A stretch of DNA of 64,000 nt from Rhodosorus marinus CCMP1338 (lineage: Eukaryota > Plantae > Rhodophyta), in the NCBI GenBank assembly GCA_029953675.1, contig JAMWBK010000006.1, positions 1,302,001-1,366,000 on the forward strand. Reading direction: 5' to 3'. Within the stretch, counting starts at the first letter, position 1; each line of letters starts with the position of its first letter. Both the position numbers and the translations under genes were made by a program. Shown one piece after another: positions 10,930 to 23,281 of this stretch. Below the pieces are notes generated by a model. That model made no database searches and had not been told where the DNA came from. It was given only the letters and a program-made list of their open reading frames with translations.

Positions 10930-12010
10930 TTCCGAATTCATTGCAACGATAGTGCTTTTGTCTGAATACACGCCCGTCAGCTCTCGTAGGTTCGAATCCA
11001 TGATTCGTGGTGTCATGCTTCAGGTTTTCGTGCCATATCCTCCCCGCACGTTTCACGCCGTATACGCTTTTACTCAACCCACATATCAGGTCCCTTTTAC
11101 CGGGCTCGTCCATCCCGTGTGGTTGAGCGCTCCTCTTTCAGCCCGCCGTTCAGTTACACAGTTTTCACATCGGCCTGCTCGCGCTAAGCCCTCTTCATAG
11201 TCAGGGTTCATTTAATCTGAACAATATGATCTCTCTTCCTATTCGATGCCCTGGTGTTGCGTAAAACCCTTAGCAACTATTCTCACCTTGAAACGTTGAA
11301 CGGAACCGTCCAATGCTCGTTTCATTTGAAACACGAATGGGCTTAGTCGGAGGCTAAGGTCCCCGAATGAGGTACTCGCACGTAGATTGACAGAGTATAT
11401 GTCCCTTTTGTTCTCTCCGACCTACTCACAAGACTCCACGTATTGTTTGACTTCAGCGAGCCAAGCTGGTCTGTGGCAGCTCTCGTCTAGACCTCTGCTT
11501 GAGCTGAGCGCATTACCTCCTCCCAATTACTCGGGATTCGGGCATCGAATAACGCATCTCCCTTGTGCGTCAGGTGTATACTGATCGTCCTATCCTGAAC
11601 ATCTCTCCGTAGATCCTTTTTCAGCCGAGGGTCGTACCTTTGGCCGGGTATCGGCCTTCATTCGTGGTGAAGTGCCGTACGTGGATGAAATCCTTCCGTG
11701 CAGGTCTGTAGACCCTCGCGACGCTGTATTCGCGCACGTGCATGAGTTTACCGTTGTCTATCCTCGATTCAAGCTTGTGAGCTTGCGGCTTCCGCACGCT
11801 TGTATTCGGCGTAGCATCCGAAAACCCTGATCTCCTTGGTCTCTGGAGCCTTCTTCGCTACCAGCTCGTAGGGTGTCTTCCATTTGAGGATTTTTTCGGG
11901 GTCATATTGAGACCTTGCTCCACCGTCGGTAGTGCTTCAGGCCAGAAACAGGTTGGGAGCGAGCTCGCCAACGCACAGTCTCCCTGTGGCTGTCCTCATC
12001 GCTGCTAGCG
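10930..12010 (-). mobile_element. Copia pol fragment (integrase C-terminus to RT), degenerate
   Basis: LPTCFWPEA...GKTPYEL...IRVFGC, SLKSNNTWSLV, FKVRIVAKGFTQHQGIE and LSKSVYGVKRAGRIWHEN occur in the correct Copia order, with stops and frameshifts. Confidence 0.85.
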
Positions 12011-13689
12011 CCCCGTCGTACTACGGGGGACGAACAATCCAGATCAAGTACGATACAATTGTCTACACTACTGCATGCCGGTAATCTTCTAACTACCTAT
12101 GATACTGCTCTTACTACCGCAGCACCCGATAGGCATGATCCCGAGTGGCCCACAAGAGCCATTCTTTATGAGATACTAAACGTGCAAAATGTAGGTCAGA
12201 AATTCCCCGGAGGTTCATGTTTTAAAGAAACTGCTTCAAAATTCGCAAAGAAAATACTCTAGAATATTCCAAATCTAAGATCGATCGTATTATTTTAACG
12301 AAAAGCATTGTTTAAATAGTGCGATTTCAGGATTTTCAAGTTTTTCCGAAATATTGATTTTAATTGTTTCAAAACCAAATAGATTCTCGGAAACGTATTC
12401 GAGTAGCGTACCTGACTTTGTGCACAATTTTATCGTATTTATGATATATCTATACTATTCTGAGGCAAATAGCCGTATTGTGGATGGATACTTTCTAAAT
12501 GTTGGATATTTTTCAAAAAAGGCGCCTTTCCCTTTGCTAAATTTTGGTCGTTGGCATGGTTTGCTATCGCAACTGCGGAAATTATTTCTAAAATTTGTGT
12601 AACCCTGGAAAATCGAAATAGTAAGGACGCAAACGAGACATCGTTGTACAACTAGATGCTCTTCTCCGAGTTGGCTGGGGGTTTTGGTTTGTGTTTTCGA
12701 TTCCTCTCGGAGATAGTCCTGTCCTCGTAAGGCCGCCGCTTGGTACGGTGCTATTTCCTATCGGGTACAATGGTTAACTTTTGCCTGCGTGCACCAAGGG
12801 CACCAGGGGCGGTGTTCATTTTTTGACACCTCTGGAGAATTCCCACTCAAAACTTGTCTTTTTCCCCAAGACGTCCGTTTACTAAACACTATCGATTCTA
12901 CGAAACGGAAGCCTATTTCTGATGCCGGACTAGGTCACTACTTGATCCTAGCCGACTAACCGGATCTGTCTAACTTGACCCTCCTCAAGAATAAAGAGTT
13001 GAGCTTCCGCAGCAAAACTCAAATGCAAAAGAATATCACTCGTTTGCAACGGACCATCACTGAATCGTTATTGCTTTCGGACATATTTTCTGGGTTAGCA
13101 ACTTCGCTAAACGATTCACGTGCGGGTGCTCCTGAGGTCGGGCACCTGAGGTCGGGAAGCTTGACAGTACTTCGTGCAACTTGCCGCTTAGGCAATGTGT
13201 TCCAGCAAATGGACCTGTGGGACAGCCAACTTACCAGCAACAGACCAGTTGCCTGTTGAGGAGGGTTTTTCCATTCCGAAATTGCAACTCTAGAGCGCTT
13301 CACACTTAAACCCGTTCCTTGAATGCCTTGTGCGTTGTTTTTAAAGACTAGTCTTCCTCAGCTTCTGTCCTTCAAGTGAAATGCTCCGTGGCGGTCGCTG
13401 CCCCTGGATTTGTATGATGGCTGAAACTGGTAGGTTTGTCTTGAATTTCTGCTTTTATCGAAAAAAAGAAGAAAGGAATTTCGCACATACACGCACGCAT
13501 ACGGATACGCGCTGTCTCCAAAAACTAAAGCGTACAGCCTGAGAAAGACCGGACTAGGTAAGGGTACTTAAGGATCCCATGCTATAAGATTGCTGATGGG
13601 ATGAAAGATCGGGAGGAGAGGAAAGAATGGGGCTCTATTCGCCATGCTGAACGACAGCGCAAGCGGCTCTTCTCACCCAGGAGCAGAGA

Positions 13690-14450
13690 TTATACCTCTA
13701 CTTCTTCAGCTGCAGCTTCTGCAGCTTCTTCAGCTTCCGCCGTTTCCTCTGCAGCTGTGTCTGCGGCAGCAGGTTCATCGTCCACATCAGTTTCACCCTT
13801 TGCTGGTCGTTTCTTACGCCCCGCAGCGACTTCCATACCGCAAACTCCCATAGAAAAAAAGGAGAAACCAAAGAGGATCCAGTAGAATGACTTGATCGCC
13901 TGTATCATAGGGCAAGGAAGGGATCTCTTGATTTAGCAAAATGACTGCTTCCTAGAAAAAATAAACGGTTTCTAGGATATCTCACGTCTGCGTCTGAGAA
14001 AGTGTCCTCTGTGAACTCAGGGGGATTCAACCGGACAACAGCAACGATACCTCCAACAAACCAGAAGATCCAGGCCAGGACTCCTTGACACATTAACTCT
14101 ACAGATGCCGACAGCCCCTTATCAGAGCAGAACGTCATACAAAACCTGCGGAAACACAGAAAAAATCGATCAGCGTCTTGTGCTCTATCGACTGTGCCAA
14201 AGCTGGGTCAGGCGACGTACATTGCCAGCATGCCAGTGAGGATCACGAATCCAATGACTGCCCAAGAGATGAGAAACGCCGTCACGGGCGCTGTGAACTC
14301 GAGGTCGTTTGGACCGCTGTCAATGATCTCATCGGCTCGCTGCCACTCGTCGTAAGTAGCGGAAGCAACCGAGAAAATAATCAAGGCAAAGACCCACTCA
14401 AGGAAGATCAACCCAAACCGAGTCCATCCTAACCCGTCTACAGTCTGCAT
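13690..14450 (-). CDS. Four-TM MARVEL-like membrane protein with acidic Ala/Glu-rich tail; 199 aa; exons 14450-14221, 14145-13986, 13899-13690
   Basis: Two GT-AG introns (75 and 86 nt) join three short ORFs in frame, giving four hydrophobic segments. The family assignment is by topology only. Confidence 0.7.
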
Positions 14451-17379
14451 CCTTCAGACACCACGAAAATCTTCAAAAAAGTATACTTGAAACAAAAACA
14501 AAAGTAGATTGTACTCTACAATGTCTATTAGCTCGTCTCTCTAACAACCCGATACCTAGCTGCGTTCCTGCCTGGGACATTGCGAGAACTTTGCATTCCA
14601 AACTCATGTCTGTATATATACATCCAACAATGTCTAATGCTGGTGCCCACACCCAAAAATATCGCTGCCCCCGAGAAGCTCTTGAGGGGATGAATTTAGA
14701 GTTTGGTGGTGTTCTCGTGGATAGCGTGCTTTAGAGGTACAGGTTCCATGACAATATTTCCATTTACAGAAATGCGGGAGGTAGATTCCATCGGGACGAG
14801 AAACAAATGGTACACATATTTAATCTGATTAGAATCTTCACAACGAAATCAATCAATCAGGTCTCGCTCACCTTCTTCCCCGCACTCCCCTTCCCCCGAT
14901 TTCCATTCTGCACATATGGAAGTATCTGTTTCCGGTAGGTGCAGCTTGAGCTAGCACACATGCTTAGCATCGTGAAGTATCTTTGTGAAGACTCTAGACT
15001 CTAGTCTTCACAAAGATACTTCACGATGCATTGTGGTAGCGGCGGGGGGGGGGTGTAGGAGTAGGCTTCTGTGTGTTTCGTAGGTGCTAGTACTACTAGG
15101 GGTGTGATTTTATCTCCAATGTCATATCTAGCACTTCTGGGATGGTGTTCCCCAGCCGTTCGTTTGCTGGTGCCAACAAAATCCTTGCGTATCAGATCGG
15201 AGACTAGAGTCGTCACGTGGAACCCCCCTCCCAAGCCCTCACCATCAACAGCTGGAAAACGTTTTTCAGATGCAACCACTGTGGAAGTGTGTTTTCTTGC
15301 TGTGTATCAATCTCGTTCGGCAAGGCGGACGGCTTTTGTCTGGTTCTTTGTTCGCCCAGCACGAAACGGCTGGAACCAATTTAAGATCTCTTCTTGTAGA
15401 GGGGGGGTTGTGCTTCGCACGTGTAAAATCTGTTTGTCGCACTAGTGATAGTGTCCACGTTCTTATTTCGAACTTTGCTATATCCCATCCAGTCATACCC
15501 AGAATGGTGGAACTTGGTAGAAGCCCTAACATACACAGCCCCTAATAAAAATATTCAATCCGAAAGCCGCGGCGCCCACCAGACGTACAAACGTCATAAA
15601 TCAGCGAGACAGTAGTACAGTTTTCTTTCACATCTGAAATCAAGTATCAAAAAATTTGTCTCATGCAACCAATTTCTAGTTTCAAGCTTTTCATTGTGAA
15701 AAACTTGACGAGGTTCAGAAACACAGCCTCTTCCAGAGGGGCTCTTCCAGAGGGCTCTGAAGAGTTAGTTCGAGAACGAAATGGGCGTGCCCGTGTGCGC
15801 GGCATGCGAGATATTCAGTATCTTTCGAAACTTCATTGTTTTCTAAAGGATATGCGATGATAGCATTGCCCCTTTGACACAAAGCCTTTCAGTCTGCTGC
15901 AGAAGTTCCACACTGAGGGGAGATTGTTCCGACACAGAATCCCGTTTCGCATCAACCTGACACTAGGCAAGCACCGGATATCTCACATCTTATCCAAATT
16001 CCAATTCCCCTGCCTTTGCCTACCAATTCTTCTACCAGTCGTCCAAAGTCTGGTAGTATTCTTATAGTATAAAAATATTCAACTGTTTCTGAGTTTTTCT
16101 GCTTCTAAGCGAAGGGGGGTTGCGGGCTGCTGCGAAGAACCTACTTGTTTTGCGGAGGCGGGTGGGGAAAACACCTGTTCGGTGGCTAGATATCGACCAC
16201 CGAAAAAATAGACCTCACGAGTCTTCCAGCTATATGATTGGAAGACAACAGTTTCTAATTTAAATTTTCTGGTGAAACATTGAAAGAAAACTAAATTGTT
16301 TCTAGTTCCTATTGGGACTTGTCGTTTCTGCTTTTCGAAAAAAAAGAGTAGTCCCTGACGGAGAACATGGATAGCTTTTCTTCTCGAAAAACAGTTTCTT
16401 TTTAGAATGTGTCTCTCCCCGCCCCTTTCCCGTATTTGTCAAATGAGGATATCTCCGTGAATATCCATAAATATTTTGATAATTTAATATTTGGTCACCC
16501 GGAGTGATAAGAACCCCTCGATACAAGGGGGGATTTGTTTTTAATGTTCTCGTTAATCAAATTGTTTTTATCTTGGGGCTCTGGAAAAATTTGGTGTCAG
16601 ATGATGACATCTCGACCTCTCTCGAATTTATTCGACAAAATGAAGCGTATCTCATGGAGGGGACTCAGTCTGGTTGAATCGGCCCCTCTTTTCCCGCGTT
16701 TAACCGCGTTGTATGTGGACTGACTCTTAAGTTTTTATTCGATCATTCTTTTCACCTTGTCCAATGGACAATTACGAACAAAATGCGTGGAGTATGGTTC
16801 GCTGTTTCCTGGGGCTTCTCGGACACGACCTTGCCATGGTTGTGCCCGGGGAGGTGGGCCTCCCCAAGAGAGATATCGGCAAATGCTGGCCGGGATGTGC
16901 ATCATCCCGTTGTCCAAGACTTGTTGGACAGAGGTGCATTGTTGTCCTAGAACCTTTAACCGCTTTTGCTTGATGAGAAGGCCTCCACGGCATCAAGCCC
17001 TCCGGTCCGGATTGCTCGGATGTTTTAGGCCCATGCTTGCTTCTCGCCAAAGTTCTTGTATAGTGATAGCACGACCAGAGGTCCTTCTTTTTGCGTTCGC
17101 GTACCTGACAACTGGAAGTTTTTGTTGTTGATTAGGAAAATGACATCTTGATTGCATGTTCACACTCTCTTCTCACAAAAACTGACCCGACAACTCTCGC
17201 CAGTTGCAAGCACATCTTGACGCGTCCTGATCCCGCTGTTTTTCTCGTTATCTTCTCAATCCCAGAAAGGGATGAAGGGGGTGTGCTGGACCTCTAACAC
17301 CTAACTGCTAACAGCGTATCGCAGCGTTTCGAAAAGCGTTTCTAGGTAGAGAAAAAAAATATGCTTCGGATAGTTGAAT

Positions 17380-18060
17380 TTGCTGATCAAGCGAGAGGGA
17401 CCTGCAAACTGCCTGCGTATTCCCAGCTGCTCTATGAATCGAGGTTAGAAGCTTGGCAGTGAAGAGTACTTCTCCATTGGAAAAACAGACAGATCGGACA
17501 AATAATGTCAGCAATCTCGGTTTTCCGTAAATGGGATCTGGACAGTACTGACCGACCATTATGCTGACATTGTGGCACTTTGCCGATGCACCTTGAGTAT
17601 CCAACCTAATTTGTTTTCCGCTTTAATTGGATCCGACCACAGGGGAGCTCTCGCTGTGATAGATGCGCCAGCCATCGGATCTGGCATTATGCATTTCCAC
17701 TATCGTCCACCATGAATTGGGAACTGGGTTGCACATCAAAGGACCGCGAAACATTGAAAATAAGGAATAGCAGAGACCAGTCGCACTGGGTGCCACCAGT
17801 TATCGCTCCTGATTTTTACCTGATAGAGGTAGTCTGCGAAGAGCCGAGACCAGTCCTCCTATCTGGCAATGCAAAGCATAGATTTTCAGAGCCAATCAAG
17901 CGCCGAACGCTCAGTTGAATCGGCATATGCTTCAGAGCGACATACGGTTCGTCGTGAGGCAAGGTGGGAACTTGCCATATTGCGCTTTCTGCACTCATAC
18001 CCCAAATTATCCAGCTGGTTGTACACCCCCATCGGATGTATGTTTCTTCTTGCACATTGC
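17380..18060 (-). mobile_element. Probable degenerate Tc1/mariner-like transposase remnant
   Basis: Ordered degenerate motifs VYNQLDNLGYECRKR, ERSALDW, EDWSRLFAD, HGG, QHNGR and LHCQASNLDS-IEQL resemble the Tc1 motifs WSRVLFSDE, HGGG, QDNA and WP..SPDLNPIE. Many stops. Confidence 0.4.
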
Positions 18061-18720
18061 AAGGTCTTGATTCGCATACTTAAAAGACCAGCCCTTTCCG
18101 ACCTGTTGCTTGTTCCCTAGGCGACCCTCAGAGCGTGCCAGCTTTATTAAGAGCATCCGGCAAAACCGCACGAGTCTTGTCGAGTTTCGGCTCTGGGCTG
18201 TCGCCTAGTGCCTTTGGTTATTGAGTGCTTGCGTAGTTTTCCTCGAACGAATGGTTTAATCGGAGGCTGAAAAAAAAAACCCCGAGGGGAAAAAAAGACT
18301 AAGCGCGGCGAAGTACTCGCGCCTCCAACATCAAAGCGGCATTCATGCGCCACAGCAGGTTTTCCTAGCGCACCGTCGGTGGTTAAATAAGTAAATTTTC
18401 CGGTTTCACGAGTTCGATTGGCTCTCCTTGGCTTCGTGGAGTGTTCCGAGAGCACCCAGAACGGCTCCCTTCGCTGTGTACCTGCTTGAGTCTCCAGTAA
18501 AGCTTATGAATTCTGCATTGATGTTGGAGGTCTGCGATTTACACCTGTAGTCTTCCTAGACTCTGAATGATCACTAAGCCTTCGTTCAAAGTCGATCTAG
18601 GCTAAAAACCGATTTTCTCGTGTTTCATGTTCTCTGTGATTCTTGATTCTCGGAAAAATCTCCGATTTCGTCAGAAACGATGGACTCGCACGAAAACATT
18701 GATAAAATATAACAATCCCG

Positions 18721-18791
18721 TACACCAACCGGGAATCGAACCCGGGTCTCATCCTTGGGAGGGATGTATTCTACCACTAGACCATTGGCGT
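18721..18791 (-). tRNA. tRNA-Gly (anticodon CCC), intronless
   Basis: ACGCCAA/TTGGTGT acceptor stem, D arm TGGTCTAGTGGTAGAATA, anticodon stem CATCC-CT-CCC-AA-GGATG and T arm CCGGGTTCGATTCCCGG. Confidence 0.93.
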
Positions 18792-19687
18792 TATGGACTT
18801 CGAAGTTAATAAAGGCATTAATATAGTACAGAAGTCCTTCGGAATCTCTCTACAGGCGCCTGAGGTGGAAGGGGGTGGGGGGGCACAATCAGAGTTTCTT
18901 TCATTATCTCCAGCTCAGCGGGTCACTCCCCTTGGGATAGAACTGTTCATTACGGGGTGAAAGTTCTGCTCCACGTCCACATTAGACCAAGCTCGTGGCC
19001 AATGCCTTCGAGCTGTTAAGGGATGCCTCTAGGATAATGGGAATGTTCCTCCCTTGGCGATTAGTGGAGATGTTGAGCCGGGTAGCGTTGCTGTCGATCT
19101 GATTGCAAGCGGAATGCAATCCGCTGCTTGTAACCCGTTTGGTTGGATTAATTTTCTGAGAGATTGTTGTACTTTAGTTCACACTCCTTAAGCTCTTTTG
19201 CGGAGTTACTGCCTTAGTACACTTAGAGCACCTAAAGGAAGCGGCTATCTGGTCGGGATTGCATAGTACACAACCTCAAGACCCCGGCAAATAGGCTCTA
19301 GCGGAACTTCCAGTGTGCAAGCGAATGCGGTCGCTGACCCATGCTAGCCCAGCCGGCGCGCTTTCTTCTTTGAATGAAAGCCGAAATATCACCAGGAAGG
19401 CGACATTGTAGTGGACTAACCTGTAGTGGGTTCAATCGCGTCTAACACGTTCAAATTCATGGCTCACATGCCATGACCAGAGCGGAATGGAACTCTCAAA
19501 ACCCTTTCTATAGGTCTATCTCGGCGGACTGGGCTCTGCTCAGCTGCTCATTTCGATTTGGCGCCAACCCGGGAGGGACAGGGTAGCGCCCTTTTCTGGT
19601 CATTCTCACTAATCAACCAGCTTATCTAGGCGGCAAGCCCAAAGCGTTATCCGCTGGCGAACGGACATTCATACAATAAACGGAAGC

Positions 19688-20644
19688 TCAAATCTTGAAC
19701 GCGGCCTTCGTAAGCTTTTCCGATTGCTCCCAGAGTTTCTTCCGCAACTCTGGGTCGTCGGCAAGCTTGTTCGCTTTCACTTCAGCAGGATGTTTACCCT
19801 TCATATGCTTGACCATTGGCATCCAACCTGTTGGGCCGAAAAAGCCACCAGGTGTTGCTGCAGACGAAGTAGATGCGTACAGCGCAGGCCGCGCACCTGT
19901 CTCGTAAGTCCCTGCCGTAGGCTTCATCGCATTAAACATAACCTGTTCCGCAAAACCTCTCCTGGCCTGCGCCTGAAGTTGACCAACTACATACCCTGGG
20001 TGTACAGAGTACGCATAAGGTTGCTTCAAACCAGCGGCTTTCACACGTTCATTCAGCTCCCTCGCAAACATAACGTTACATAGCTTGGTCATAGAGTACT
20101 GCCTCCAAGGCTCATACTTTGCTGTCGCGTTCAAATTGTCCCAGTCAAATTTCCCGAACCAGTTCGCGGAACTGCTCTGCGTTACAACGCGGCTGCCTTC
20201 AGTCTTTCCCAACAGTGGCATAAGCTCGTTGGTTAAAAGGAAATGGCCTAAGTGGTTAGTAGCAAGTTGCATCTCGTATCCATCAACACTCTCTTGTCGA
20301 GTATCTAGCGCCATCACCCCCGCGTTTTCAACCAGCAAGTCCAGACGATCGTACTTTGAAATGAAATCATCCGCAAACTTCTTCACAGACTCCAGCGACG
20401 ACACATCCACGGCCATGATCTCAATCTTCTTACTCGATCCAATCTCTTTTAGCACTTCTTCCCTTGCCTTCTCTCCCTTCGACGGGGTTCGGATCGCCAT
20501 AATCGTCGTTGCGCCGTGCTCGGCCAGGCGCTTAATGATCTCCAGGCCGAGGCCGATATTCGATCCGGTCACAACAGCAACCTTGCCGCTCAAGTCCGGC
20601 ATATCTGCAGCCGTCCAATTCTTCGTCTTCCTCTCTGCGGCCAT
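19688..20644 (-). CDS. Short-chain dehydrogenase/reductase (RDH12/WWOX-like oxidoreductase), intronless, ~318 aa
   Basis: WTAADMPDLSGKVAVVTGSNIGLG (TGxxxGxG), DLLVENAG, NHLGHF and YSMTK (YxxxK). ATG at 20644 chosen as start. Confidence 0.92.
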   Translation of the reverse strand: MAAERKTKNWTAADMPDLSGKVAVVTGSNIGLGLEIIKRLAEHGATTIMAIRTPSKGEKAREEVLKEIGSSKKIEIMAVDVSSLESVKKFADDFISKYDRLDLLVENAGVMALDTRQESVDGYEMQLATNHLGHFLLTNELMPLLGKTEGSRVVTQSSSANWFGKFDWDNLNATAKYEPWRQYSMTKLCNVMFARELNERVKAAGLKQPYAYSVHPGYVVGQLQAQARRGFAEQVMFNAMKPTAGTYETGARPALYASTSSAATPGGFFGPTGWMPMVKHMKGKHPAEVKANKLADDPELRKKLWEQSEKLTKAAFKI

Positions 20645-21551
20645 CTTCTCCACCGGACAGATAACGACAAAATCACCTAAAACGTTCTCCTTCGACGTAC
20701 TCCTGTTCACGCTCCCACTCGCGCTTGCCTGCATCCATGCCGTATCCCAAACCCGGTCGCCGCCGATGCATCGTCGGTATTTATACTCATGGTCCTGGCC
20801 AACAAATACCCAATGGGATCTTATCAGTATATCAATGACGGCCGCAACAGCTGAGCTCCCTCCGGATGTGGTAGTTCTCCCACATTCGGATTCATGTCAT
20901 CCTCTAGAAAATTCATCTAAATATTTTCATAATTTCAACACGAAATCTGCAAAATCCTCACATTGAAGATATTTCCAAAATATTGGTCAAACACTAACCA
21001 CGTGGGGGAACCCGTTTGCTTCGTCACCCACCTCTTCCCTCCCCCCTCCAAAAAAAAAACATTTCGATGTATTGGTTGTCCACTCTTCTTCAACCTTTTC
21101 CCCTCCCCCCCCGACCATTGAGATACTGCTTAGTGCTGAATGCGGAGCGCATTTTTCCTTTTGATATTTCAAAGAAAGGGATGGGAGGGTGGTTTCCGCA
21201 TTGAAACAAGTTGGAATGGAGTGATAACCCCTAAGGAATTACTGCATCGGGCTGTGCTACTGTTGTTCATTCATTCCCGCGTACTAATTAAGGGCAAGTA
21301 CTTCCAAGAAAGTCATTAATATTGCGTTTCTATAGAAGTGCGAGGGGACATATACCCTCTCATGCAGAAATTATTTATTCCATAAGGTGCGAAATTACTT
21401 CATAAATCCTAGATATGGTTTGTTTCAAGGGGGTATGTAGAAATACTATTTCGGCTTACCCAATTAAAAGAGTGTGACTAATTTTTGCGGAATCTTAGCC
21501 AAAGCCCCCCCCCCTCGAGTCGGAGTCTTTTTTTTTGTTCAAAATTAGCAG

Positions 21552-21807
21552 TCCGGCTGTGTATGCTTAGAAATCAATATGGCTTGTGCCGAAGCGCTCC
21601 GGCTGCGTATCTTTGAAGACTGGTTAGTCTATTACGTTGGCCACCTGCTCACTTTCCCACATACGAAGAGTTCTAAAAAAATACGTCATCGTTCAGTAGA
21701 AAAAAAATGCATTACCGATATTAGATTCTGCTACTATGGGATAGCTCAACATTAGGCGTCACATACACAGCGGGAACGGATCATTACATCGGGCATACAC
21801 AGCCGGA
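21552..21807. repeat. 15-bp perfect inverted repeat pair with two inner degenerate copies
   Basis: TCCGGCTGTGTATGC (21552-21566) and GCATACACAGCCGGA (21793-21807); inner variants near 21598 and 21761. Confidence 0.6.
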
Positions 21808-22351
21808 TCGGATGGTTTTGTTCGGCTGCTTTCCTCAGTTCAGCTGAACATCACAGCGACCAATTTTTTCTTCAGTGTTTTTTACTTCTCGTAGAGTAAG
21901 GGCGAGTTGGTGGAGCTTTCCCCTTGCCTTGTCTCAGCGAGAAGGTCGGTGATAGCCGGTGCTTTCCTTTATCAACGTGATTGGCCTAGAATTCGGTGAG
22001 TATGCAAGCACGTGCATTTCGTGATTTGCATTTCGCTATGGTTTGGCGAGTGTGAGAGGAGCACTGCACGCCTCAATGCATTGGGACGTACACAGCCACC
22101 CATACTAAAAAAAATCAAGCCGCTGACGGCAAGGGATGAGCAAATCTGCCACGCCAGGGCGCCAACCTCTGTGGACGTTTTTCAGCTTCAGAGCTTGCCG
22201 ATGATCAAGGCGATCGCATACTCTGGCTGCTCTGGCAGGGCCAATTCCAATAGACCAGGAGAACAAAAAGTTGAGATTGTAGAAATATGGTGGAACCGGG
22301 GACGCGACCCCGATGGCGTTTTCGGAATAAGATCCAGAAGTACCTCATAAC

Positions 22352-22530
22352 TTGAGCATTTTGGAAACCCAAAATGGGTTTATGGAGTCCGTTGGTTCTC
22401 GCTGGCTTCGGGAGTTGCTCCGCGAACGCCCTGACCGCCTTTCCTCGTTGTTTACCCGTTTAAGTTTCTTGCTGTGGCGTATGAACGCTGCTTTGATCTT
22501 GGAGCGCGCGGTCTTCGCCGCGCATAATCT
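22352..22530 (+). mobile_element. CRE-like RLE C-terminal fragment (distinct subfamily)
   Basis: GFMESVGSRWLRELLRERPDRLSSLFTRLSFLLWRMNAALI is homologous to GLIDSVGSRWLRALFRNDPGRLDSLVTELSLTLWRSNSAL. Confidence 0.75.
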
Positions 22531-22896
22531 TTTTTTTCCCTCGGGGTTTTTTCTTTCAGTCTCCGATTAAACAAATTCATTCATTAAATACACAAGCTCA
22601 TCAAAATGATTGAACAAAGCATGTCGTCTTGTGGTGGATCCTAGTTGCTCGTAAAGTCCAGTCGATCCCCTAAGAGTTTCGAAAGTCAGGAAATTTATCA
22701 TGAAACATAAGATTGCGTCGATCACCGAAGGCGTTCGATGTTTCATTTTTCGGAGAATTTCTGAGAAAAGTCTGTCGTGCGTTTTCTCGCCCATTTAAAG
22801 GGATGGTTCTTCTAAGTTGGAACGCATTCCGCTATTTCCTTTAGCCATTTTACGTTAGAAGGATACCCCAGGTGCGTATTCCGTTTGGTGGCTTTC

Positions 22897-23109
22897 ACAA
22901 CCTCTGGCTTGGTGGTATCAAGCTGGAACCTGATCCTGCTCACGGTCTGGGCCAGGATGGAAATGTACCATAGATGACTGTCGGGTCCATGCTTTGCTGA
23001 ACTGGACCGAGTACATCCGACACGAGGTCCTGCGGCTCGCCAACAATACCGTTCCGCATGAGCTCAATCAACTTGATATAGCCCTTGGTACAATTAGCCA
23101 CCGCCAGCA
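22897..23109 (-). pseudogene. Frameshifted partial duplicate of the sugar-dehydrogenase gene (matches 27490-27703)
   Basis: Hand alignment of the reverse complement gives about 89% identity over ~213 nt with a 1-nt deletion. Confidence 0.85.
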
Positions 23110-23281
23110 TAGACTAGGACTGCGTGTGAACTGGTGAGGAGCGGTGAAGAAGAAAAATCGTCATGTGGAGTCGGTCTTGCGGTGTTGTGCGAGCGACGCT
23201 GGCGGGTGTGAACGTTGAATTGCAATCCTGTCCGTACTTCAAGCTACTGGCTGTTGCAGGGCACTAGTAAAGAATGCAAAC

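Noticed and set aside
10961-10972. 12-nt identity (TCTGAATACACG) between the Copia antisense strand and the CRE 3' UTR
   Set aside because: It lies within the Copia reading frame and is probably coincidental.
15001-15279. S1-domain-like peptide (LGGGF...YDIGDKIT)
   Set aside because: Too weak; no start or splice model and no flanking domains.
16735-17050. Possible non-LTR RT N-terminal motifs (SGPEGL, SIGQGE) on the - strand
   Set aside because: Only two short motifs, with no downstream QGDP/DD core.
20085-20966. Long ORFs antisense to real genes (20085-20966, 26009-26746, 28757-29686, 41586-42248, 45375-46163, 47501-48211, 52664-53287, 56250-56881)
   Set aside because: They are shadows of well-supported opposite-strand genes, Ser/Pro-rich, with no motifs.
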